This document shows positions 17,982 to 26,629 of a stretch of 64,000 nt of DNA, piece after piece. A model generated the notes under the pieces. It saw only the letters and a program-made list of their open reading frames with translations, had not been told where the DNA came from and did not search any database. Position numbers and translations under genes: made by a program. The DNA lies in NCBI GenBank assembly GCA_018818205.1, contig JAHISJ010000023.1, positions 95,103-159,102 of the forward strand, in the 5' to 3' direction. The stretch is from Patescibacteria group bacterium (GTDB taxonomy: Bacteria > Patescibacteriota > JABMPQ01 > JAHIRA01). The stretch's first letter is position 1. Each line of letters opens with the position of its first letter.

Positions 17982-18887
17982 GTGGCCGTACAGAAGAAAA
18001 GCGTTTCAAGAGCAAATTATAGAATGCTCGCGCTTCTGTTTTTGGTGATTGTTTTGTTGTTAATAATTATTTTTGCATCAAGCGGTGACAAAAATTTAGA
18101 GCCGTATGCAGCGCCGATTGTTCAAAAAACGCCACGTGACGATTTCTCTCACCCCTCGTTCTCGGGTAGAGTACCACAAGCAAAAAAAATGTTTAGAAAA
18201 AAGTTTTCTCGTAAAAAAGAGACGAAAAAGCTTACTAAAAAAAAGCAGACTCAGTTTAAAAAAAAGGCACTTGACTGGTGTTATGCACTTGCCAAAAAGA
18301 CAATGGATACCGTTAAGGAAAATCCTTTAAAACATGGTTTAATCTCGTATGATATGATTTATAATGCAGGCAACCCTGAAAAACAAAAAAAGGAATGGGG
18401 GAGCATAGAATCACGACTGAGAAAGATTAAGGACTCTTGTGGTGCATATTCAAAAAGGCCATGGAAAGAACTTGCGACATCATTAATAAACCGTGTCGCA
18501 TTGATTAGATATTCAAATATGCTTTGTCATGAGGCAAAGAAAATTTGCGTTAAGTATCCAAAATGGTTTTCTCATCAAAACTTCAAAGGTCTTCTTAGAG
18601 CTAAAGATTTGCAAAAACTTAATTCTAAATGTAAGCCGTATACAACATTAAAATGTCCAAATAAGGCTGACAAAACGTTTTTAGATTTTAGAAAGTCACT
18701 CCATTCCAGCGTTAATAAAGCAGGGCTGCCGATGACTGCTTTTACTGATAAAGTTGCACATACATACAAAGGTAGATTTTTTGATTTTACAAAACATTTC
18801 TTGAAGAAGGGTACACCCAGATTGTGGTGTTTCTCCAGTGGTAGAACGTATTCAGAAAAGTTGAAACGATGCATTGCTAAGAAATAA
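17982..18887 (+). CDS. hypothetical membrane-anchored, highly basic, Cys-containing protein
   Basis: N-terminal TM helix (LALLFLVIVLLLIIIFA), Lys-rich stretch, 10 Cys in the exo-domain. No family recognised. Confidence 0.45.
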   Translation: MAVQKKSVSRANYRMLALLFLVIVLLLIIIFASSGDKNLEPYAAPIVQKTPRDDFSHPSFSGRVPQAKKMFRKKFSRKKETKKLTKKKQTQFKKKALDWCYALAKKTMDTVKENPLKHGLISYDMIYNAGNPEKQKKEWGSIESRLRKIKDSCGAYSKRPWKELATSLINRVALIRYSNMLCHEAKKICVKYPKWFSHQNFKGLLRAKDLQKLNSKCKPYTTLKCPNKADKTFLDFRKSLHSSVNKAGLPMTAFTDKVAHTYKGRFFDFTKHFLKKGTPRLWCFSSGRTYSEKLKRCIAKK

Positions 18888-18910
18888 AAACTGTTGTATA
18901 TACATTGTTT

Positions 18911-18946
18911 GAGGCTCTCGTAAGAACCATGAGAGCCTTTTTTTAT
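18911..18946 (+). terminator. rho-independent terminator (GGCTCTC-loop-GAGAGCC plus T8)
   Basis: Perfect 7-bp GC-rich inverted repeat at 18913-18919 / 18931-18937, followed by TTTTTTTATT. Confidence 0.7.
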
Positions 18947-19057
18947 TGGAAATGTGGATAGCTCGTCATTGTATTCTTGGGCTATAAGATGTACAATACA
19001 AATGTTGCTCTTTTCACATTAATGCAAATAAAAATATTTGCTTGGAGGACTTGAAAG

Positions 19058-20623
19058 TTGTTTAGAAAAAAAATTGGGCTCGTTGCCCTTTTAGCTACTG
19101 TTATTTTTTCGGCGTGCCAAATGGGTATGCCGCCACAAGAAGAAGCACAAAAGGCATTAGGACAAAAAACGAGTAGTTGTACGGTGTCTGCCCCTATCGT
19201 GAAAGGGGTACAAGAAGTTACTACTGACGTTGACCCATATAAAAATTTATACAGGTTTGTTACGCACGAAGATCTTGAGTTACGCGCCCAACTCTATGAT
19301 ACTCAGGTTAACGATCCCAGTGAGCCGGTTACCCCAGCGGGGTTCCGGATGCATGAGTTCAATAGAACCACGCTTACATCGGGAGCGCACATAAGTGCAA
19401 ACCAGTTTGACTGTGGGGCCCTGGGATGTATGATTCCGATCATGTGGCAAGTTATTACGCGTTATCCGGGAGGAAATATTGACGCGAATAGGCTCTATGG
19501 TCCTGACCCCATCCATGCGCTGAACGATGGATGGGAGTGCAAACTGCGTCCAGAGCGGATCGAAAAACAGGGTAATGGTTATGTCGTCACCGCTCTTGCC
19601 CCCGAGATTACTTTGAGCAGTTGTATTAATCAGTTGATGCATGGACAGCAACCAACTGCCAATTGCATATACATGGCGACCAAGGTTTCTCATACCGAGG
19701 GTACGCTGTATCCCATGGTTGTCTATGGAACAGTCAGCAATAAAATTCTTATCAAGCGAAGTGCCTCATCAGAGTTTGAGGTTGCTATTGCACCTCATAC
19801 GCCTCAAGAGGTTGCCCTGCTCAAAGAGTGGGAAGTTGTTTATGAATTTGGTGCCTGGTGGCCGGGCCGATGGGTCGTCATCAATCTTACGCCTGGTGTA
19901 AGAACCACTAAAGCATATGTGATGCCCATGGGGATAGCGCCTGGCTACCATGATGGTACTCGCCACAAGACAGTGGAAGGCCTTGTTTTTGCACGAAACA
20001 TTAAAGATCTTTTCTGTTTTAGTAATCCACAGGATTATGGCCCGTTCTGCCTACCCTATGCAGTGTTCATTGATCCTAATATTTCCCCAGAGGATAAGGT
20101 TCAATATATTCAAAGAAATATGGTTGACATTCCAATGGGTGGCAACCGGTGGGAAGCAGAGCTTGTAAGCATTGACCACAAAATTGTTAATGGATTTATT
20201 GTTAAAAGAGGCGGACTGATTTCAACAGTGGTTACCAGTAAACCACTTCCAACCGATACGTATCCTCCGGAAGTGACTGGTGCCATTCTTACTCAGGTTC
20301 AAGCCTACAACGCAATGGACCCTGTTGAAGCTGGAATCATTTTGCCAACAAACCGGCTTGTCTGGAGCGGGAGTAAGCAAAAATTTGTTCAAATTCGTTT
20401 AGGACACGGTGGACTTTTTCGGTGGTTCTCATCATTCCTTGGGGAACCAGAAAAGCTTTCCGATGGATCTCACTTTGTGCCGCTTGCGTCAAACCAGCAG
20501 TATGACTTGGTGTTCACGGATCCCTTCGCGCAGTACGGTGATTTGACAGGTAACATTCATAACGGGGGGCTGAGGATTTTTCTCAATCTAAACCTCGTTT
20601 CGAACCTGCCGCTTTTCAACTAA
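19058..20623 (+). CDS. hypothetical lipoprotein with GC content well above its surroundings
   Basis: Lipobox MFRKKIGLVALLATVIFSAC. No recognisable domain. Local GC is ~48% against ~36% around it, estimated by eye. Confidence 0.6.
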   Translation: MFRKKIGLVALLATVIFSACQMGMPPQEEAQKALGQKTSSCTVSAPIVKGVQEVTTDVDPYKNLYRFVTHEDLELRAQLYDTQVNDPSEPVTPAGFRMHEFNRTTLTSGAHISANQFDCGALGCMIPIMWQVITRYPGGNIDANRLYGPDPIHALNDGWECKLRPERIEKQGNGYVVTALAPEITLSSCINQLMHGQQPTANCIYMATKVSHTEGTLYPMVVYGTVSNKILIKRSASSEFEVAIAPHTPQEVALLKEWEVVYEFGAWWPGRWVVINLTPGVRTTKAYVMPMGIAPGYHDGTRHKTVEGLVFARNIKDLFCFSNPQDYGPFCLPYAVFIDPNISPEDKVQYIQRNMVDIPMGGNRWEAELVSIDHKIVNGFIVKRGGLISTVVTSKPLPTDTYPPEVTGAILTQVQAYNAMDPVEAGIILPTNRLVWSGSKQKFVQIRLGHGGLFRWFSSFLGEPEKLSDGSHFVPLASNQQYDLVFTDPFAQYGDLTGNIHNGGLRIFLNLNLVSNLPLFN

Positions 20624-20674
20624 ACTGGTAACCTAGGCTAAAAAAAGAGCAACACTGACAAAGAACATAATCGA

Positions 20675-20707
20675 AGGCCCTGTCTTATTAAGACGTGGCC
20701 TTTTTTT
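20675..20707. terminator. hairpin terminator between convergent genes (AGGCC..GTCTTA / TAAGAC..GGCCT plus T7)
   Basis: Long imperfect inverted repeat followed by TTTTTTT on the + strand. It overlaps the last codons of the minus-strand gene. Confidence 0.55.
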
Positions 20708-21386
20708 CTGTTTGTTTTTGGAGATACATATTGAATGGTGAATCCTTGAGAATAATATCCGTACTTATATTCCATATTGTACCTACACAAAACGCGTAAT
20801 CATCTTTAAGAAGAGATAAATTCATAATATCGTCCATGTTGTAGGTATACGTATCTAAAACGAGTATTTTCTTTATCTGTTTTGCTGATTCATGCGCTTG
20901 TTTTAAATTGAACACAAAAAGGGAATCAAAGAGTGCAATAAGCAACTTGTTATCCGGGGTTGATTCATTGTAGCTGGCTAAAAATGGTAATGAAAGCAAA
21001 GCACTTTTAAGATTATTGGGGAGAGTAAAAGGATTTATGAGAAGCTTTAAGAGAAAATACCGGGAGCCTCCTATGCATATAGTTGATTGCACAGTAGATA
21101 AGAATTCATACATGCGGTCAAAGTATGGAACGTCTAGGTATTTACCCCATATTATTAAGTACTGCTCTCTAACGGCAGAAGAGGACTGTAAGAAAGAGAC
21201 ATATTGTTCAGAAATAGAGTCTTTGAGAAGTGAAATTGTAGTATTCCATTCACTGTCAGTGAATGTTTTTAAACCCTTAATCGATAATTCATTTATCTCG
21301 CCGCTATCAGTGCTCATTAACATGTGAAATTGTTGAAGTTTTCTTAAGTCGCCTACAGAAATTTCCTGATCAAAAAATTGTTGCAT
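20688..21386 (-). CDS. hypothetical cytoplasmic protein
   Basis: 232-aa ORF with no recognisable motifs. It converges on the lipoprotein gene. Confidence 0.45.
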   Translation of the reverse strand: MQQFFDQEISVGDLRKLQQFHMLMSTDSGEINELSIKGLKTFTDSEWNTTISLLKDSISEQYVSFLQSSSAVREQYLIIWGKYLDVPYFDRMYEFLSTVQSTICIGGSRYFLLKLLINPFTLPNNLKSALLSLPFLASYNESTPDNKLLIALFDSLFVFNLKQAHESAKQIKKILVLDTYTYNMDDIMNLSLLKDDYAFCVGTIWNISTDIILKDSPFNMYLQKQTEKKATS

Positions 21387-21520
21387 ATAGATGAGTAATA
21401 GTTAATGTACACTCATTATAGCAAAGATTTTTTTTAAATAAATAGACAATCAAGCCTATTTATGCTACTCTAAAATATAAATTCGAGCACCTTGTTGTCT
21501 CTCACCATTAGCAATGTGCC

Positions 21521-22915
21521 ATGACGCTACTCAATACCCCGTGCTCTAATTGGCCACAAGACAGAAGGCGAGCACAGGAACAAATCAAAGAAGTTGTCCA
21601 GATTATTTCAACTGACCATGGGAACGTATTGTGGTATCAAAAAAATACAATACACTATTTAACCACGTATTGCTGTAGGTATGAACCAAATGTGTTGCCT
21701 AAACTTGTGGAGGGGTTTAGTACACACAAACAGTATATAGAGATGTTAACCGGACTTTCCTACTTTTTTGTCGAAAATAAAAAAAGAAATAAAGAAATTT
21801 CGGGAACAGTAACTCAAGCATATAAGATGGTTTTAGTAAACGTGGATGTTATTGATGCTAAGGAAAAAAAGCTTGGGCTTATGCTCAAGGGAACTGGTGA
21901 ATTGAGAAATACAGAGTTGTTTGAGGGGACGTGGGATCGGCTTCAAAAAAGTAGACTTGGTGCAATAGGGTTTAGTACTGCTTTTGGAGCGGCGGGTCGC
22001 CTAAGATCTGATGTCCTGTTAAGAAAAATATGGTCAGAATCTGACAAGACTACGTTCACATCATGGACGTATGGGTCTGCGTTTAAGGCAGCAGGGGATG
22101 TCTTAAGCGGCGATCTTTTAGTAGAGATTTGGGCTGAGTCATCAAAAACACCTCTTGGAAGCATAGAGTATTCAGTTGCGTTACTTGCAGCAAGCAAGAC
22201 ATATAATAAGCCATTGCTAAAGGAGATATGGGAAAAAGCATCAAGTGGTGATTTAGATTCAAAGGCATATGGAGCTGCCTTAAAGGCGGCAGGTGGCGTG
22301 CATGATAAAGAGTTACTTGTAAAAATGTGGAAGAGTATTCCAAAAGCTAATTTGACCCCGGCTGAGTGGGGATCTGCATTTACGGCCGCGGGTGCTGCAT
22401 ATTCTCCTGACTTACTTGAGGAGATTTGGAAAGGTGCACCTAAAGTTAGCTTAACTGCGCCCGAGTGGGGTTCTGCACTCACAGCTGCCGGTGCCGTTCA
22501 TAGTGAAGATCTTTTAATCGATGTCTGGGAGCAGACGCCCAAAAATATGCTTACCCCAATTGAGTTTGGTTCTGCGTTTACTGCTGCAGGTGAGGTAGGA
22601 AGCAGTCGACTTTTAAACGAAATGTGGAGGGAGGCTCCAGCTAAAAAAATGAACCTCATTAGTTATGCATCGCTTATTAAGGCAAGTGGAAAGGTTAAAG
22701 ATAAAAAATTATTTTTAGAGGTATATAGTGAGATTAAGAAGAGACAAGTATTTAGGGAAATGAGGGAGCTTGGGAAGGTAATTGCGTGCTGCAAAATTTT
22801 TGACCTCAGTGATATTTTTTTTGAGGTCTACAACTATGTTCATTCATCCGGACTTAATCTTACCAGAGCAGAGAAGAGGTTTTTAGAAAAATCAGTAGAG
22901 TATTTTGAAAAATAA
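21521..22915 (+). CDS. helical-repeat protein with ~8 tandem 33-aa repeats (PPR/TPR-like)
   Basis: Repeats such as TPAEWGSAFTAAGAAYSPDLLEEIWKGAPKVSL, APEWGSALTAAGAVHSEDLLIDVWEQTPKNML and IEFGSAFTAAGEVGSSRLLNEMWREAPAKKMNL, with a 99-nt period. Confidence 0.6.
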   Translation: MTLLNTPCSNWPQDRRRAQEQIKEVVQIISTDHGNVLWYQKNTIHYLTTYCCRYEPNVLPKLVEGFSTHKQYIEMLTGLSYFFVENKKRNKEISGTVTQAYKMVLVNVDVIDAKEKKLGLMLKGTGELRNTELFEGTWDRLQKSRLGAIGFSTAFGAAGRLRSDVLLRKIWSESDKTTFTSWTYGSAFKAAGDVLSGDLLVEIWAESSKTPLGSIEYSVALLAASKTYNKPLLKEIWEKASSGDLDSKAYGAALKAAGGVHDKELLVKMWKSIPKANLTPAEWGSAFTAAGAAYSPDLLEEIWKGAPKVSLTAPEWGSALTAAGAVHSEDLLIDVWEQTPKNMLTPIEFGSAFTAAGEVGSSRLLNEMWREAPAKKMNLISYASLIKASGKVKDKKLFLEVYSEIKKRQVFREMRELGKVIACCKIFDLSDIFFEVYNYVHSSGLNLTRAEKRFLEKSVEYFEK

Positions 22916-22975
22916 AACAAAAAAGCCATCTCTTAAAAAAGAAATGGCATTGATTTTTAAACATTTGTGGTCCTC

Positions 22976-23227
22976 TTAGAGACCGAGTAATCGTTTCCAC
23001 CAAGGACGCTTGGCAGTTTCTAGTGTTGCAATAATCTGATGAGCTTGAGCCAAACTTTCTTCACCAAGTGGAGTGTCTTGAGAAAGCTTATGGAATTCTT
23101 CTTCTTTATTTCCCTGTTCGGCAATAATGCCTTTTTTAAATTCAACAAGTGCTTCTCCAATAGTAAACACATCAATGGTTGTTCCAAGTTTTTTTGCAAT
23201 TTCTTCTTGTGCCCTACGTAAAACCAC
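22976..23227 (-). CDS. small hypothetical charged/helical protein
   Basis: 83-aa ORF; this frame looks more protein-like than the overlapping 23020..23262 frame. No homology evidence. Confidence 0.3.
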   Translation of the reverse strand: MVLRRAQEEIAKKLGTTIDVFTIGEALVEFKKGIIAEQGNKEEEFHKLSQDTPLGEESLAQAHQIIATLETAKRPWWKRLLGL

Positions 23228-23397
23228 AATAATCCTCCTCTGTTTTGATCAAAAGTGATCATGGGCTATTTTTATCACACCTTTAAAATTTGTCAAGACT
23301 TTTTACTTGATTTATTTCAAAACCTATGATATATAAAGTCTAGCGCAGCAAAGAGCTGCGTTGTAGTTTCCAGTTCATTTTTGTGTCTTAAAGACAC

Positions 23398-24177
23398 ATG
23401 GGAGGAGTAGTGGTAAGAAAGGATGTTTATAATTATTTGAATATCCCGTTTACACGGGAAAACGCAGCTTCTATAATTTCTAGCCCAGGTTTAACGCAAC
23501 AAAATATTAATGGTGCCTTTTTGACTCCTGCCCAGTGGCAGGCGAGACGTAGACTACATTCAAGCGATGGAAGGTACGCTGGATATCAGAATTTACTAAG
23601 GATGTTGGATATGCCAGTTCCTGCTGGCAAGGAAGATTTTCTCATGGGATTAGATATGCTGGGAACTCACAATCCCGCGATGCTATTTGTTGCAGCACTT
23701 CTTAATGTAAAACCAATTGATCTTAAGGATATTTCCGAAGAACAAGCTTTAACAGTCACCAGCTTCTTTGGAAACGCACGCGCTATTGTGTTGCAGGTTC
23801 TAATCCTTATAGAAATTATGAGAGTAAATGAAATCGAAAAACTCAAAGTACCAGTATTTGAAAGAAGATTGTTGGGTGCGCTTAATTTAAGTGACGCAAA
23901 ATTAATCCTTCCAGTTCTCTATGAAGGAATGGCGCTCCTCCCGGTTATCAATGATTCGCTTTTGCATTATTTGGCAAGCTATTTCGAGGCATTGCAGGAT
24001 CCGACATTGGAAAAGGTTGGAAACTGGAATTCATTTGAGCCGGGCATTTTTCTTGATAAAAGCTTGCCTCCTGAGATAAAAGTTAGTGCATCACAATGCT
24101 TGCAAACCCAAAGGGGGTCTATTAGTGAACGCATGAGAAGAGTTCAAGAGAACCTGCAAAGAATTCGCGTTAAATAA
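23398..24177 (+). CDS. hypothetical protein
   Basis: 259-aa ORF preceded by an AT-rich promoter-like region (TTGATT-N17-TATATA). No known motifs. Confidence 0.45.
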   Translation: MGGVVVRKDVYNYLNIPFTRENAASIISSPGLTQQNINGAFLTPAQWQARRRLHSSDGRYAGYQNLLRMLDMPVPAGKEDFLMGLDMLGTHNPAMLFVAALLNVKPIDLKDISEEQALTVTSFFGNARAIVLQVLILIEIMRVNEIEKLKVPVFERRLLGALNLSDAKLILPVLYEGMALLPVINDSLLHYLASYFEALQDPTLEKVGNWNSFEPGIFLDKSLPPEIKVSASQCLQTQRGSISERMRRVQENLQRIRVK

Positions 24178-24255
24178 TATCATGAAGATTTATTTTTTTT
24201 AGGCAACTCACGCTTTGCGTAAGTTGCTTTTTTGTATTTGTTGTTGTGTTCTTCT

Positions 24256-25161
24256 TCAAATAGTATCTGTAAATCTTTTTTCTACAGTAAAGGTAATAGG
24301 AGTTGTAAGGGCAACGGGAACGTTATCAAGAATTCTTACTAGTCTTGTACGCTTAAGCAGTGAATACAATGCAACAAAATATTTTTGTCGCTCAGCAAAA
24401 CCTGGGTCAGTATCTAATCGATGGAGCGTTTTTTGTAGACTGTCTCTCTTAAATGTAATTGTTAAATCCATTGATTTACATAGTTTTTTCAGTTTTCTTG
24501 TTGTAACAAAATACAACCCATTCCACAGCGATGATTTTTTTAAGCGTGGCGCAAAAAATGGTGTAAGCTTAGGGAAAAGTGGCACCAACATGATGTTAAT
24601 GTGAGGTTCATAGGGAACAAAATAGTTAGCAGTGTTATGTATCATTACGCCCCCGGGTTTTAAGACGTTCTTCATTGCTAAAAAGGATTTATCGAACTCT
24701 GGTATATGTTCCAAAACATTATTAGAAAAGAGTACGTCAAATCGCTCATTGATTTTTGTGCAGTCTTCAGATAGTAGGGGATAAAAGTGAGATTTATCAA
24801 CATCAATTATCTTAAACAACTCTCTTGCAGCGTTAAAATATCCACCAAAACCTGAGTCAGAGGGCTCTATAGCATAGATAGTGTATCCTTGTTTTCTTAG
24901 AAAACCATACACTAATCCAAGGCCACCTCCAATTTCCAGCATAAAATCTTTTTTAGAATAATGTAAAGTTTGGATAAGTGATAATGTCAGCTCCGCTTCT
25001 TCGAGGTAGTGCTGCAAGATTTTTTCAAACGTTTCTTTTCCACTTAAGCTGTTACTAGTATTTAGAAATTCCTGATGCGACAATATTTCCTTGCTAAAAA
25101 TAGGATTCTTGTATAATTCATTACTGTATGACAGATAAAAATCAGTTAAAGATGTAGCCAT
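24256..25161 (-). CDS. class I SAM-dependent methyltransferase
   Basis: Motif I LEIGGGLG and motif II-like DVLFSNNVLEHI...LKPGG (Methyltransf_11/12 type). Confidence 0.75.
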   Translation of the reverse strand: MATSLTDFYLSYSNELYKNPIFSKEILSHQEFLNTSNSLSGKETFEKILQHYLEEAELTLSLIQTLHYSKKDFMLEIGGGLGLVYGFLRKQGYTIYAIEPSDSGFGGYFNAARELFKIIDVDKSHFYPLLSEDCTKINERFDVLFSNNVLEHIPEFDKSFLAMKNVLKPGGVMIHNTANYFVPYEPHINIMLVPLFPKLTPFFAPRLKKSSLWNGLYFVTTRKLKKLCKSMDLTITFKRDSLQKTLHRLDTDPGFAERQKYFVALYSLLKRTRLVRILDNVPVALTTPITFTVEKRFTDTI

Positions 25162-25295
25162 TGTTTTAGTTGCGAATTTTAAATAGCATCATTGCCTTTT
25201 GTGTAGTATGGAAAGGGAAATAAATTTGACACAAATACAAGCACTCACTCTGCATTTTCTAAAAAAGTGCGAAGCATGACAGCTCAGTGAGAGTA

Positions 25296-26132
25296 CTATT
25301 TACAAGAAAGTCTACGTCCATCTAAAGTATCATTCATTTTCAACCAACTAAAATTCAAGCGATTTGCCTCTTCACAAAATTCATTAGGATCTAACTCATA
25401 TTCCACACCCAAAACGGCTTTATCTTGTTCAATAAATGGTAATAGTTTCTCACATTCATCATAATAAAAACAGTGTTCATTAATGGCAAAATCAAAATAA
25501 TTCACTAAATCATCAACTTGTTCCAGGTCATTTTTTAGAGCAATGGAAAGATTTCTTTTGTGTGCTTCTTCTGCTAGCCATTTATTGTAATTGAGTTGGT
25601 CTTCGTACGTTAAATCAAAACCCGTATCATTTTGATACCCGTCACTATTGTCTGGCTCAACACCATCACATCCTTTTTGCATCGCAAGGTCAAGGCGCTT
25701 TTTTATACTGTCTGCAAAGAGAGCATAGTGAGAAATGTCCAGCCACTTTTCATCAGGCCAATTTTCTAATGGTTTTCCAATAACTTCATCTGGAAAATCC
25801 TTTGCATCTTCTCTATAATTTTCCACACTTCCTGCAGAAAAATAACAGATAACGTTGATATCTCTGCTATGAAGTTCATCAATAACTGTTTGAGGAGTTT
25901 CTGAAAGGTCTATGTCATACAAATCAACAGTGTAATCAGTATTTATGGTGCCTGATAGCTGCCATTGCCAAGTTGTCCCTTGTTTCGGCCTATACCATGA
26001 ATCATCATTGTTTGTATCAATTGTGGAAGTTTCTTCTTTTGGTGTTGTAGTAGTGTTCGTATCAAGTGGTGATATACAACCGTTTAGGATTAGGATAACC
26101 ATAATTAGCGCTTTGAGTACTATTTTATTCAT
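25296..26132 (-). CDS. GH114-like endo-alpha-1,4-polygalactosaminidase lipoprotein
   Basis: Lipobox LILNGCIS and conserved GH114 blocks (WQWQLSG, NVICYFSAGS, KGCDGVEPDN, LKNDLEQ, FDFAINEHCFYYDEC). Confidence 0.7.
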   Translation of the reverse strand: MNKIVLKALIMVILILNGCISPLDTNTTTTPKEETSTIDTNNDDSWYRPKQGTTWQWQLSGTINTDYTVDLYDIDLSETPQTVIDELHSRDINVICYFSAGSVENYREDAKDFPDEVIGKPLENWPDEKWLDISHYALFADSIKKRLDLAMQKGCDGVEPDNSDGYQNDTGFDLTYEDQLNYNKWLAEEAHKRNLSIALKNDLEQVDDLVNYFDFAINEHCFYYDECEKLLPFIEQDKAVLGVEYELDPNEFCEEANRLNFSWLKMNDTLDGRRLSCK

Positions 26133-26339
26133 AGGTAGTGGCTAAAAGTAGCGAAGCATTAAAACTTTCGCATCATTTTTGAAAATTATTTCACATACTG
26201 CCTGTCTGGCATACACATTTGCCAATATCTATTTTATTGTATCTAATAAAAGGAAAATCGGCAATTTTGTATGATTAATAGAGTGGTCTCTTCCTAACCT
26301 AGCGAGCATGAGATACAAAACACCAAATATCTTTGACAA

Positions 26340-26367
26340 CAAAAAAGCCCAAAATTGGGACTTTAAC
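26340..26367 (-). terminator. intrinsic terminator downstream of the tRNA (CCCAA..TTGGG plus T6 on the minus strand)
   Basis: Reverse complement reads ...AGTCCCAATTTTGGGCTTTTTTG directly after the tRNA 3' end. Confidence 0.5.
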
Positions 26368-26443
26368 TGGAGCCAGGAATGGGGATCGAACCCATGACCT
26401 GCGCGTTACGAGTGCGCCGCTCTGCCAACTGAGCTATCCTGGC
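26368..26443 (-). tRNA. tRNA-Thr (anticodon CGU), CCA encoded
   Basis: Reverse complement GCCAGGA-TA-GCTC-AGTTGGCA-GAGC-G-GCGCA-CTCGTAA-CGCGC-AGGTC-ATGGG-TTCGATC-CCCAT-TCCTGGC-T-CCA folds as a cloverleaf. The anticodon loop CU-CGU-AA gives anticodon CGU. The single 31-39 A-C mismatch leaves the isotype slightly uncertain. Confidence 0.8.
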
Positions 26444-26566
26444 AATTTTTATGACATCTTTAAAATACCATAGCAATGTGGTGCTTTCAAGCACAGTTTC
26501 AATGTGAAAAAAGAAATACGATAGATCTATATTTTCTCAAAGGTAGTCTGGAATAAGCCAAAATCA

Positions 26567-26594
26567 TTGACAAAACCTCTAATTACCGTAGAAT
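26567..26594 (+). promoter_or_regulatory. sigma70-like promoter, TTGACA-N16-TAGAAT
   Basis: TTGACA at 26567-26572 and TAGAAT at 26589-26594, ~35 nt upstream of the AGGAGG-ATG of paralog 1. Confidence 0.5.
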
Positions 26595-26629
26595 TCGAAG
26601 TCACACTACACAAATGTTCAGGAGGAACA

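Noticed and set aside
19280-20168. Cluster of antisense and alternative-frame ORFs (19280-19693, 19641-19901, 19769-19966, 19950-20168) inside the lipoprotein gene
   Set aside because: They are a by-product of the locally elevated GC (fewer stop codons), not genes. The long + frame with a lipobox explains the region.
21016-21327. 103-aa + strand ORF inside the minus-strand hypothetical gene 20688..21386
   Set aside because: The overlapped minus-strand frame is longer and sits correctly relative to the convergent terminator. Neither has homology support, so only the longer one is reported, and at low confidence.
23020-23262. Alternative minus-strand 80-aa frame overlapping 22976..23227
   Set aside because: Lys/Leu-rich, repetitive, less protein-like composition. 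The other frame was kept at low confidence.
23228-23397. Two small hairpins (CGCAGC-AAAGA-GCTGCG; GTGTCTT-AA-AGACAC) in the leader of gene 23398
   Set aside because: Stems are short (6-7 bp) and AT-rich context makes such hairpins frequent by chance. They could be a minor regulatory element but there is no supporting evidence.
24215-24604. 129-aa + strand ORF antisense to the SAM methyltransferase
   Set aside because: Entirely within the methyltransferase gene, which has clear motifs. No RBS or promoter.
26133-26566. Looked for integrase/att remnants and direct repeats of the tRNA-Thr 3' end around the tRNA
   Set aside because: No recombinase ORF and no convincing repeat of the tRNA 3' half were seen by eye. 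Only a terminator and promoter-like elements were found, so no mobile element was called.
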